DNA of 57,269 nucleotides from Lentisphaerota bacterium (GCA_012521875.1 JAAYLN010000204.1:1-57269), one strand, 5' to 3'. Shown: positions 45,351 through 54,440, counted from the first letter of the stretch. A program made the numbers and translations. Notes: generated from the sequence alone by a model not told the origin.

Positions 45351-46592
45351 TTACGCAAGCGCCTTCAGCGCGATGCAGGCGTTGTGGCCGCCGAAGCCGA
45401 GGGAGTTGTTGAGGCAGGCGCGGATGGTGGCGGTGCGGGCTGTGTTGGGCACATAGTCCAGATCGCAGTCTGGATCGGGATCGTCGTAGTTGATTGTCGG
45501 CGGCACCACGCCATGCTGCATGGCGAGGACACAGGCGATGGTCTCGAAGCCGCCGGCGGCGCCGAGCATGTGGCCGGTCATGGACTTGGTCGAGGAGACC
45601 ATCACGCGCCGGGCGTGCTCCGCGCCGAGGGCGCCCTTGATGGCCAGCGTCTCGATCTTGTCGTTAAGCGGCGTGCTGGTGCCGTGGGCGTTAATGTAGT
45701 CGATATCGGCGGGGGCGAGTCTGGCGTCGGCCATGGCGAGGGCCATGGCGCGGCGCGCGCCGTCGCCGTCGTCGCGCGGGGCGGTCATATGGAAGGCATC
45801 GGCGGTCATGCCGAAGCCGGCGACCTCGGCATGGATGCGCGCGCCGCGGGCCAGGGCGTGCTCGAGGCTCTCGAGGACGACGATGCCGGCCCCCTCGGCA
45901 ATCACGAAGCCGTCGCGGCCGCGGTCGAAGGGGCGGCTGGCGGCGGTGGGGGCGTCATTGCGCGTGCTGAGCGCATGCATGGCGGTGAAGCCGGCCAGGG
46001 CCAGGGGCGCGACGCAGGCCTCCGCGCCGCCGGCGACCATGATGTCGCACTCGCCGTGGCGGATGGAGCGCGCGGCGAGGCCGATCGAGTGCAGCCCGCT
46101 GGCGCAGGCGGTGACCGGCGCGTAGTTGGGCCCCAGCAGGTGGTGCTCGATGGCGATGAGCCCGGCGCTGATGTTGGGGATCATGGCCGGGATGGTGAAG
46201 GGCGAGACGCGCCGCGGTCCCTTTTCCATGAGCGTTTTGACCTGCTCGCCGAGCGTCTCCAGTCCGCCGATGCCGGCGGAGACCACGCAGCCGCCGCGCA
46301 TGGGATCCTCCCGCGCGAAGTCGATGCCGGAATCCTGTACCGCCAGCTTGGCGGCGGCCAGGGCGTACCAACTGTAGCGGTCGATACGCCGCTGCTCCTT
46401 GGGGGGGATGAAGGCGTTGACGTCGAATTCAAGCACCTGCCCGGCGATCTTCACGCCGTAGTCGGCGGTATCGAACCGGTCGATGAGGCTTATGCCGGAC
46501 GTCCCGGCGGTCAGCCGCTGCCAGATGGCCCCGAGCTGACAGCCGAGGGGTGAGATGGCGCCCATGCCAGTTATGACAACACGTCTCGTCAC
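45351..46592 (-). CDS. fabF: 3-oxoacyl-ACP synthase II
   Basis: Active-site Cys context [30 protein letters not shown]. Confidence 0.95.
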   Translation of the reverse strand: MTRRVVITGMGAISPLGCQLGAIWQRLTAGTSGISLIDRFDTADYGVKIAGQVLEFDVNAFIPPKEQRRIDRYSWYALAAAKLAVQDSGIDFAREDPMRGGCVVSAGIGGLETLGEQVKTLMEKGPRRVSPFTIPAMIPNISAGLIAIEHHLLGPNYAPVTACASGLHSIGLAARSIRHGECDIMVAGGAEACVAPLALAGFTAMHALSTRNDAPTAASRPFDRGRDGFVIAEGAGIVVLESLEHALARGARIHAEVAGFGMTADAFHMTAPRDDGDGARRAMALAMADARLAPADIDYINAHGTSTPLNDKIETLAIKGALGAEHARRVMVSSTKSMTGHMLGAAGGFETIACVLAMQHGVVPPTINYDDPDPDCDLDYVPNTARTATIRACLNNSLGFGGHNACIALKALA

Positions 46593-46646
46593 AGATAAGC
46601 CTCGTTGGTTTGGTTGGTGTGTTTGTGTGCGGATAGTTTACCAGAC

Positions 46647-47533
46647 CTACTTGGTTTCGGCCATTTCCTGCATGGTCTTGGCGGCGGCCTCTTCAGCCTC
46701 CCTGGCCTGGGCGGCCTTGCGGGCCTCCTCCTCAGCCTTGCGGGCGGCCTCTTCGGCCTTGCGGGCCTCGGCACGCTTCCTGGCGGCCTCGGCTTCGGCC
46801 AGCTTGTCCCAGATCTCGGTGGCCTTGGCAAGCTGCGCGTCGTCGAGTCCCATGGTGCGCAGCAGGCACGTGGCCATCATGCGGTTGCCCTGCTGGTTCA
46901 TGTGGACGCCGTCACCCGTGAGGGTGTTGCCCTTGGTGCCGGCCTCGCGGGCGGCCTTGACCCTGGCGATCATGTCCGCGCTGGTGTCGGCCACACGGCA
47001 CTTCTTTTCGGCTGCCAACTCGCGCAGGAAGTCGTTGTAGCCGGCCAGCTTGGCGTTGTTGGCATTGCCGGGATCCTCGCCGATCATTGTGGCGGTCATG
47101 ATGATGACCTCGATGCCGGCGGCCTGGGCCTGCTCGACGATGGCCGTGATGTTGGTGCGGTAGGCCGGGAGGGCACGCCGTTCTTGCCGTGCCAGACGTC
47201 GTTCACGCCGCAGCTCAGGGTCATTATGGTTGGCTTGTGGCGCAGCACATCGCGCTCCAGACGCGCCAGCATGTTGTTGGACTTGTGGCCGCTGATGCCG
47301 GCCTTGATGCCCTTCACCTGGATGCCGTTGGCCTCGAGCCCCTTGAGGACGAGCGTGACATAGCCGAGCGGACCGGCGCCCTGCTGCGTGATCGAGTCGC
47401 CCAGGAAGGCGATCGAGGCATCCGGCTTGGCCAGTGCCGGGATCGTCTCGCCCGCGGCCCGGCGCGGGGCAAGGCCGGTGGCCAGCAGGCCGGCAAGGGC
47501 GATGGCGGAGAGAAAACGCGTTTTACTTTTCAT
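46647..47533 (-). pseudogene. SGNH/GDSL hydrolase with signal peptide and Glu/Lys/Ala-rich C-terminal helix; split by a 1-nt frameshift
   Basis: Block I FLGDSIT, block II GISGHKS and block III SCGVNDVW are in one frame. PAYRTNITAIVEQAQAAGIEVIIMT...DGVHMN (block V) is in the next frame. The switch is at 47163-47176 (mRNA GTGCCCTCCCGGCC). Confidence 0.75.
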
Positions 47534-47673
47534 TATGAGGCTCCATTCTACTAAGCTATGGGGGTGTCCGGCCATGGGACAACCCGATGACCGGATACTC
47601 CGGGGCTAAAACAGAAATAGCCGAGGAGGCGCGGTATATCGCCTCTTCGGCTATCGACAGGACTTCGATGCGG

Positions 47674-47922
47674 CTATTCCTTGTCGAAGCCCTTGCTCTT
47701 CAGGTAGTCGAGTACCGCGCCGACCGTGGTCAGCTTCTCGGCGTCCTCGTCCGGGATCTCCGCGCCGAACTCTTCCTCGAACGCCATGATCAGCTCGACG
47801 GTGTCGAGCGAGTCGGCGCTAAGGTCGTTGACGAAGGAGGCTTCGGGGGTTACCTGGTCGGCGTTGACGCCGAGGCGCTCCACGATGATCTCCCTGACGC
47901 ATTCTTCGAGCTTGCTTGCCAT
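47674..47922 (-). CDS. acpP: Acyl carrier protein
   Basis: [42 protein letters not shown] (the DSL motif Ser is the phosphopantetheine site). Confidence 0.95.
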   Translation of the reverse strand: MASKLEECVREIIVERLGVNADQVTPEASFVNDLSADSLDTVELIMAFEEEFGAEIPDEDAEKLTTVGAVLDYLKSKGFDKE

Positions 47923-47971
47923 AATGTTTACTCCTGAGTTGTTAACCTTCACTCGCCCGTATGGGCACTCG

Positions 47972-48715
47972 TCACATTACCATGCCGCCGTTCACGCTCA
48001 GCACCTGACCCGTCACGTAGGACGCGTCTTCACTGGCCAGGAACACAACGGCATTCGCAATATCCTCGCCTGTGCCGAAGCGGCCAAGGGGTATTTCCCC
48101 CAGCATCCTCGTGCGCAGTTCCTCGGGTAGTGCGTCCGTCATCTGTGACACGATGAATCCCGGCGCAACCGCATTCACGCGGATGTTCCGGGATGCCAGC
48201 TCTTTCGCCATTGACTGGGTCAGGGCGATAAGGCCTGCCTTGGAAGCAGCATAATTACATTGTCCGGCGTTCCCAATCAAGCCAATAATCGAGCTGATCT
48301 GGATAATCGAGCCCGCGCGTTGCTTCATCATGGGGCGTGCAACGGCCTTGCTGAAGAGGAAGGCGCCCTTCAAATTGGTGGTCAGAACCTCGTCCCACTG
48401 CTCCTCCGTCATGCGGATCAGCAGGTTGTCGCGCGTGATGCCGGCGTTGTTGACGAGGATGTCGACGCGCCCGAACTCCTTGACGACCGTATCGACGAAC
48501 TCCTGCACGGCCTCGCCGCGCGAGACGTCCACGGAGAGCGCCAGCGCGCGCCGTCCCAGCGCCTCGACCTGGCGGACGGTCTCCTGGAGCGGCTCCAGGC
48601 GCCGGCCGCAGAGGGCCACATGGCAGCCTTCGCGTGCCAGAGAGAGGGCGATTGACTGGCCTATGCCGCTACCGCCGCCGGTCACGATGGCAATCTTGTC
48701 GTCCAACTTTCCCAT
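47972..48715 (-). CDS. fabG: 3-oxoacyl-ACP reductase (SDR)
   Basis: [25 protein letters not shown]. Position between fabD and acpP. Confidence 0.9.
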   Translation of the reverse strand: MGKLDDKIAIVTGGGSGIGQSIALSLAREGCHVALCGRRLEPLQETVRQVEALGRRALALSVDVSRGEAVQEFVDTVVKEFGRVDILVNNAGITRDNLLIRMTEEQWDEVLTTNLKGAFLFSKAVARPMMKQRAGSIIQISSIIGLIGNAGQCNYAASKAGLIALTQSMAKELASRNIRVNAVAPGFIVSQMTDALPEELRTRMLGEIPLGRFGTGEDIANAVVFLASEDASYVTGQVLSVNGGMVM

Positions 48716-48752
48716 GTCTAACTCTACTCTTCTGGGGCGGTCTCCGCCGCGC

Positions 48753-49670
48753 CTATGCGTTGGCGAGCTCCGCCACGGTCTCAAGCGTGGCCGCATCCCG
48801 CACGTTGGCCACCTGGTTCTGACGGTCAATGCGCTTGATAAGTCCCGACAACACCTTGCCGGGGCCGAATTCGATAAAGGTCTGTGCCCCGGCCGCGCGC
48901 ACGCAGCTCATCCAGTGGACGGGCTCGGTGATCTGGCGCAGCATGGTCTCGCGGATCGTCGCGCCGTCCATCGCGTGGGGCGCACCCGTCACGTTGGAGA
49001 GCACGGGCAGCGAGGGGGTGGCAAACTCGATATCCTTGAGCATGGCCGCCAGCCGCTCGCGCGCCGAGGCCATCAGGGGCGAGTGGAAGGCACCCGCCAC
49101 GTTGAGCACGATGGCCTTGCCGCCGGCCTCGAGCGCCGCGCGCTCGGCCTCCGCAACGGCCTCCCTGGTGCCCGAGAGGACGATCTGCGACTCGGAGTTC
49201 AGGTTGGCCATGGTGGTTCCGGTGGCCGCGCAGATCTCCCGCACCTTCTCGAAGGGGAGGGTCATCACACTCACCATGCCGCCGGGCGTCTCGTTGCAGG
49301 TCTCCTGCATGAAGCGTCCGCGGGCCTCGAGAACGCGTACCGTCGTCTCGAAATCCAGCACACCGGCCACATGCAGGGCGGTCCATTCGCCCAGGCTGAG
49401 GCCGGCCGCCGCCGTGAAGGTGCAGTCCGGATAACGGTTGCGGAACGCCTGCCAGCAGGCCACGCTCACGACGAAGATGGCCGGCTGGCAATGGTTCGAC
49501 TGCGTCAGGCTCTCGGCCGGCCCCTCGAAACAGACCTCTTTAAGGTCGAAATCCAGCACCGCGTTGGCACGGTCGAACAGGCGGGCGATGTCGTTATCGA
49601 CCGCCAGATCCTTGCCCATGCCTACGTACTGGGCGCCTTGTCCGGCAAAAACTGCTACTTTTGGAATCAT
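48753..49670 (-). CDS. fabD: Malonyl-CoA:ACP transacylase
   Basis: FAGQGAQYVGMG. GLSLGEW (active-site Ser). AFHSPLM. ATG at 49670. Confidence 0.9.
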   Translation of the reverse strand: MIPKVAVFAGQGAQYVGMGKDLAVDNDIARLFDRANAVLDFDLKEVCFEGPAESLTQSNHCQPAIFVVSVACWQAFRNRYPDCTFTAAAGLSLGEWTALHVAGVLDFETTVRVLEARGRFMQETCNETPGGMVSVMTLPFEKVREICAATGTTMANLNSESQIVLSGTREAVAEAERAALEAGGKAIVLNVAGAFHSPLMASARERLAAMLKDIEFATPSLPVLSNVTGAPHAMDGATIRETMLRQITEPVHWMSCVRAAGAQTFIEFGPGKVLSGLIKRIDRQNQVANVRDAATLETVAELANA

Positions 49671-49867
49671 GGTACTCCCGTCGTCAAACGCCATCATCCG
49701 GCGGGATAAAATGGCGTCAACCGCGTCATCTTCACCGATTTGAGCCCCATCTGTCAATCAAAAGCGACAACATGCCCGTAATCGGCCAGCGACAGGGATG
49801 CGCATGAAGAGTTGATCGAATGCAGATGGATCGTCCTCGTCCTCGTTCTCGTTCTCGTTCTCGATTC

Positions 49868-50004
49868 AGCAGACAAGGTGTGGGGACGAGGTGCAAGCGC
49901 GAAGCGCACACTTAAACCCACACTTAATCCCACTCTTAATCGGCACACTCCACCCGCTTAATCTTTAGCTTTCGACAAAGTTGCCGACAAAGCTCGCGAC
50001 AAAG
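49868..50004 (-). repeat. TTAAG/CTTTGTC composite element, copy T8 (reverse; shortened array) plus a short-period GACAAAG array
   Basis: GACAAGGTGTGGGGACGAGG. GCGCGAAGCGCAC hairpin. CTTAAACCCACACTTAATCCCACTCTTAATCGGCACACTCCACCCGCTTAATC. TTTCGACAAAGTTGCCGACAAAGCTCGCGACAAAG. Confidence 0.85.
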
Positions 50005-50012
50005 TTGATGAA

Positions 50013-50100
50013 AGCCCTGAAAGGGCGTGATATACCAGCCCAGGGCAACGCCCTGGGGAACTGAGCCAAAAACTGGCTAGTCCTGAAGGGGCGGGACATA
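50013..50100 (-). repeat. Element E, inverted copy
   Basis: GCCCTGAAAGGGCGTGATATACCAGCCCAGGGCAACGCCCTGGGG...CCTGAAGGGGCGGGACATAG is the reverse complement of 40070-40156, with indels. Confidence 0.8.
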
Positions 50101-50422
50101 GTCATGGAAGGGGTGCCCATCCGCTACCTGAATCGGGCGGGCCTTCAGCCCTCTTTATCTTTTGCTATTGGTTTCCTAGGCTTCACCCTAGGCTGGGATG
50201 GGGCGCGCCGTTGGCACTTTTTCGCTCCATCGCTCCATCGCTGCGGCTAGCCGGGACGGCGTCGCCCCACCTGTGCTTGCGCGCTTGTGCGGTAGCTTCC
50301 CCGCCCAATGTGGCACGGACATTCCTGTCTGCGCGCGTCTTCGAGGGCAGACAGGAATGTCTGCCCCACCCTACCGCACTCCATCGCTGCGACAAGCGGG
50401 ACGCTTGCCCTACCTTCCAGAG

Positions 50423-51012
50423 GCTGTACCGTGAGCTTGTGCCGGGGCGGTGGGCGGGGTGGTTCGGTACAGGCGGGGAACAGGAGACAGGGGACAGGGG
50501 ACGGGAGACCTGCGCGCAGCGGAAACGCCGCGTCTACTACACGAACGCGTGCGATGCAGGAGGCTGTCGGTACAGACGAGGACTGGGCGAACGGAAAAGC
50601 CGGAACGCTGGAGCCCGCCGTCCCCGGCGGTAACGTTCGCCAATCATGCGCCGCATCAATACGCCGCGGAGATCGCGGGCTCCAAAGCGCATCTGAAGTG
50701 AACTGATGGCAAAGACCAGGGAAATGCGCACGCACCCCACCCTTTTACCCTCTTCTGCGATACAACTGAGTTGTTTCGCAAACGGTCTTCTCCCCCCCAC
50801 CGCTTTCGGCAAAGCTTAGGGACAAAGCGCAGGGACGAAGCGTAGCCGACAAAGTGTGGAGACAAGATGTGGGGGACCAGGTGTGGGTGACAAGGTGTAT
50901 CGCGACTAAGTGTGGAGACTAAGTGTGGGGACAAGGTGTAAGCGCGAAGCGCCACTTAAACCCTCTCTTAATCCCACTCTTAATCGGCACACTTAATCCA
51001 CCCGCTTACTCC
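50423..51012 (-). repeat. About 590-bp composite X2, inverted copy of X1 (long Element B + GCGAAACAAC hairpin module + TTAAG/CTTTGTC copy T9)
   Basis: Element B at 50423-50705. Hairpin module about 50735-50795. Array at 50803-50938, including GACTAAG variants at 50904-50923. Reverse TTAAG module at 50955-51012. Confidence 0.85.
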
Positions 51013-51322
51013 ATTTTCGCGTGCATACTCGCGCATTCGCGGCGCCCCTTTCGCGTTTTTCACGTTTTTCGCGGTTAAAAAAACACCATCTGTTCGCGTT
51101 CATACTCGTCCATTCGCGGTTCCGTTTCCCCGCGCCTCTGTGCCTCCGTGCCTCCGTGAGAGACCACCATCTGCGTTCGACAAAGGCGACAAAGGGTGAT
51201 GACAGCCCTGAAAGGGCGGGACATAGTGTCCGGCAAAAGGCGCGTAATGTCGGCGACGCTTTACATAAATGGCATCATAATGTAAAGTGGCACTTTACAC
51301 AAAGCGCGGAATATGGTTAATT

Positions 51323-52531
51323 ATGGGCATGGATACGGCTCCTATCATCGAAAGGGATCTTTGGCCTGTCTTGAAAAGGGAACTAGGCAGCAGGGAGATT
51401 CTCGTCATCACCGGCCCGCGCCAGGTGGGCAAGACCACCACCTTGAAATGGCTGATCGGGCAGGTGCCGGACAATGCGCTCTACCTTGATTTGACCCTTG
51501 TCAGTGCCCAGCGGCTCTTCGAGTCCGAGGACTTCGACGGCGTCGCGAACACCTTGCGCGGGTTCGGACTGGATCTTTCCCGCCGCGCCGTGGTTGCCAT
51601 TGACGAAATCCAGTACGTCAGGCAGAGCCCCCGCGTCATCAAATACCTGCATGACCACTACGGCATCAAGTTCATCCTTTCCGGCTCAAGCGCATTCTAC
51701 CTTAAAAACCATTTTGCGGAATCTCTGTCGGCGCGCAAGATAGTCTTCGATCTTCTGCCGCTTTCCTTCCGGGAGTTCCTCGCAATCAAGGGTGCCCGCT
51801 TCATCCCGCCGGCGGTGGACTTTGCCAGGCTTCCGGCAGCCAGGTTCGACACCTTTGCCTACGAGGCACTCACGGCACTCTACGAGGAGTACATCGCCTA
51901 CGGCGGGTTTCCCGCCGTGGCCTTGAGCGATACAGTCGAGCGCAAGCGTCGGATGCTTGATGTTATATACAGTTCCTACATCAATCTGGACGTCATGCAT
52001 CTCGCGGACTTCAAGTCCGTCGCCGATCTGAAGAAGCTTGTTGTCCTGCTTGCGGCGCGCGTCGGCTCGCGGCTGAACATTGATGAGCTGTCGAAAATCG
52101 TCGGCCTGTCGCGTCCGACGGTCATGAACCATATCGCATTTCTCGAGCAGACCTACCTGATCCGGCTTCTGCCGGCCTATTCGAAAAATCCGTCTGTCCG
52201 CCAACGCATCCCCAGAAAGGTGTATTTCGTCGACACCGGCATCGCCAACATCAACGCCGACTTGTCCGGCGGTGCCCAGTTCGAGAATGCACTCTGCCAC
52301 CAGCTCCGGCCCTACGGTGCCGTCGCCTTCTCCAGTGTGGGGGGCGAGATAGACTTTGTCCTCACCCGTGACGGACGCACCGTGGCGCTCGAGGCCAAGA
52401 TGACGCCTGTGGAGCGCAACCGCGCGGATCTTCAGAAACGCGCCGCGCAAATCGAGTCCGACGGCTTCGCCCTTGTGGGTCGCCATCCATCAGCGTCGTT
52501 TGACAACTGCCTGTGGGGCGGATGCCTCTAG
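51323..52531 (+). CDS. ATP-binding protein, AAA_14 + DUF4143-like
   Basis: MGMDTAPIIERDLWPVLKRELGSREILVITGPRQVGKTT (Walker A). VVAIDEIQ (Walker B). The C-terminal half is typical of DUF4143-type proteins (..KVYFVDTGIAN..GEIDFVL). Confidence 0.8.
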   Translation: MGMDTAPIIERDLWPVLKRELGSREILVITGPRQVGKTTTLKWLIGQVPDNALYLDLTLVSAQRLFESEDFDGVANTLRGFGLDLSRRAVVAIDEIQYVRQSPRVIKYLHDHYGIKFILSGSSAFYLKNHFAESLSARKIVFDLLPLSFREFLAIKGARFIPPAVDFARLPAARFDTFAYEALTALYEEYIAYGGFPAVALSDTVERKRRMLDVIYSSYINLDVMHLADFKSVADLKKLVVLLAARVGSRLNIDELSKIVGLSRPTVMNHIAFLEQTYLIRLLPAYSKNPSVRQRIPRKVYFVDTGIANINADLSGGAQFENALCHQLRPYGAVAFSSVGGEIDFVLTRDGRTVALEAKMTPVERNRADLQKRAAQIESDGFALVGRHPSASFDNCLWGGCL

Positions 52532-52602
52532 GCCATGATTTCGGCATGGAGTCCGGCAAGGCAAACTGATACGATGCCCATATTCTTTTGAACCTGATCA
52601 AG

Positions 52603-52696
52603 GCTCTTGCAAAACCCCTCGTGGCATGGGCGTCCCACCCATGCACACGGGCAGGATGCCCGTGCCACGTGTGCCTGCAAGGGGTTTTGCAAGGGC
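52603..52696. other. Long imperfect hairpin (about 19-bp outer stem plus about 12-bp inner stem)
   Basis: GCTCTTGCAAAACCCCTCG pairs with CAAGGGGTTTTGCAAGGGC (14 bp perfect at 52606-52619 / 52680-52693). Inner stem CGTGGCATGGGC...TGCCCGTGCCACG. Confidence 0.6.
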
Positions 52697-52778
52697 CTCC
52701 CTGATTTACATGGTGCGTTGCACGCGCCTCGGCCGGCGGAAAGGCCGGTCGCGGCCATCGGCCGCATGGAGAAGAGTC

Positions 52779-53375
52779 ATGTCAGAATGGAGCTTTATCA
52801 ACGAAGGCTGGTTTGTCTATACCGTGTTGCCGCTGCTGATCTTCTGTGCCCGCATCACGGATGTCACGCTGGGCACCATGCGGATCATCTTTGTCAACCG
52901 CGGCGGCAAGTTTGTGGCGCCGCTGCTCGGCTGTGCCGAGGCGCTGATCTGGGTGCTGGCCGCCTCGCAGGTCATGAAGCACCTTACAAACCCGCTCTGC
53001 TACCTATCCTATGGTGCCGGTTTCGCCACCGGCACCTATGTAGGCATGCTGATCGAGGAGCGCATGGCGATGGGGATGCTGACCGTGCGCATCATCCTTA
53101 ACCGCGGCAATAGCCATCTGCAGGCCGCGCTGCGGCAGGCGGGGCATGGGGTGACCGTGGTGGAGGGTCAGGGCGTCCGCGGTCCGGTGAACATGCTCTT
53201 CGTGGTGATCCGCCGCCGTCTGCTGCCCTCGGTCGTCAACCTGATCCACCAGCACGCGCCCGACGCCTTCTACTCGACGGAGGAGGTGCGCGCGGCGTCC
53301 GGCGGCACCCTGATGCAGCCTACGGGGCATGGCAGGCGCCGCTCCGCCCTGCGCCGCCCTGCCGGGCGCGTGTGA
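52779..53375 (+). CDS. UPF0316/DUF2179-like membrane protein
   Basis: MSEWSFINEGWFVYTVLPLLIFCARITDVTLGTMRIIFVNRGGKFVAPLLGCAEALIWVLA.., followed by a soluble C-terminal domain (..VTVVEGQGVRGPVNMLFVVIRR..). Confidence 0.7.
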   Translation: MSEWSFINEGWFVYTVLPLLIFCARITDVTLGTMRIIFVNRGGKFVAPLLGCAEALIWVLAASQVMKHLTNPLCYLSYGAGFATGTYVGMLIEERMAMGMLTVRIILNRGNSHLQAALRQAGHGVTVVEGQGVRGPVNMLFVVIRRRLLPSVVNLIHQHAPDAFYSTEEVRAASGGTLMQPTGHGRRRSALRRPAGRV

Positions 53376-53384
53376 GCTGCGCGC

Positions 53385-53717
53385 CTACCGCGGCAGGCAG
53401 CGGCCGATCACCCAGAGGGTAATGAAGAGGAGGAAGAGCCGCCAGACGGTGCCCTGGCCGTCGACCGGCTGCCGGCGGGCCTTCTGCTCGCGCATCTCGT
53501 GCCGCATGCCGCCGGCGCGGATGTAGTGGGTCAGCTTGCCCCGCGCGCCCACGCTGCTGTCGGAATAGGTGCCGCCACTCCGCGGCAGCCGTGCCGATGG
53601 CCGGTGCTCCGTATCAAGCCGCCAGCCCTTGCTGCTCTTGGCGTCATAGCTCCAGAGCTGGTCGGAGATGCCGGTCAGCCTGGGGGGGCGGCGGGACTTG
53701 CGCGAAAAGGGCCACAT
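53385..53717 (-). CDS. Small hypothetical protein with a C-terminal TM segment
   Basis: 110-aa ORF ending ..TVWRLFLLFITLWVIGRCLPR. Co-oriented 4 nt downstream of the preceding gene. Weak support. Confidence 0.4.
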   Translation of the reverse strand: MWPFSRKSRRPPRLTGISDQLWSYDAKSSKGWRLDTEHRPSARLPRSGGTYSDSSVGARGKLTHYIRAGGMRHEMREQKARRQPVDGQGTVWRLFLLFITLWVIGRCLPR

Positions 53718-53721
53718 GGCG

Positions 53722-54420
53722 TCAGGCTGGGTGCTTTAACAGGAAATAGATGGCGATCAGGATGCCGATCGTGATGATCAGCGGCAGGGTGAAGGCGAAT
53801 CCGGCCAGCAGCCAGCCGGTGAAGGAGCCCGGCTGTCCCCTCCGCCCGCGCGGCATCAGGCCATCCAGCGAGGCGGCATCATCCACCGGCGTCTTGCCGT
53901 CGGTGCGGCCCCAGCCCAGGGCATTGAGGCGGTTCATGGCGCGCTGGTACTCGGCGCTGGCGGCCTCGACCTGCGCCAGGGCCTGCGTCAGGCGCGCGTC
54001 GTACTCCTCCTCCGTCCAGCGCTCGGGGAAGAAGGTCTCCATCTCCTGGTGCAGCTTGGAGAAGAGCGCGCCGACCTCCCCGCAGAGCGCCGCCATGCGT
54101 CCGGCCTGCTCGCCCTCTCGGACGACGAGCACCGCGCTGCGGCGGAGCTTGTCGAGCATGTCGCGCCGGTTGTACTCGAAGGCCTCGATGCGCCGGCGCT
54201 GGTCCACCAGCTCCTGCTTGCGCCGCTCGAGGCTCTCCTGCCGCTGGCGCAGGCGCTCGATCTCGTCGCTGGCCTGGTTGACCTGCTCCGGCAGTTCGCT
54301 CTTCTTCCGGCTGTAGACCGACGGTGCCTCCTGCACGGCGTCGCCGTACGCGGACGGTGTCTCGTCGGTGCCTTCGGGACCGCGGTCGATGAGGTCGTCG
54401 TCAAAGAATGCTCTGGACAT
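53722..54420 (-). CDS. Coiled-coil protein with a C-terminal TM anchor
   Basis: SDEIERLRQRQESLERRKQELVDQRRRIEAFEY (coiled coil). C-terminal FTGWLLAGFAFTLPLIITIGILIAIYFLL. Confidence 0.6.
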   Translation of the reverse strand: MSRAFFDDDLIDRGPEGTDETPSAYGDAVQEAPSVYSRKKSELPEQVNQASDEIERLRQRQESLERRKQELVDQRRRIEAFEYNRRDMLDKLRRSAVLVVREGEQAGRMAALCGEVGALFSKLHQEMETFFPERWTEEEYDARLTQALAQVEAASAEYQRAMNRLNALGWGRTDGKTPVDDAASLDGLMPRGRRGQPGSFTGWLLAGFAFTLPLIITIGILIAIYFLLKHPA

Positions 54421-54440
54421 GCTGCCTCTCCTCTGCGCCG

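Noticed and set aside
47163-47176. Programmed ribosomal frameshift in the SGNH hydrolase (and at 2725-2745)
   Set aside because: No X-XXY-YYZ slippery heptamer and no obvious downstream stimulatory structure. Homopolymer miscount or a genuine indel is the simpler explanation.
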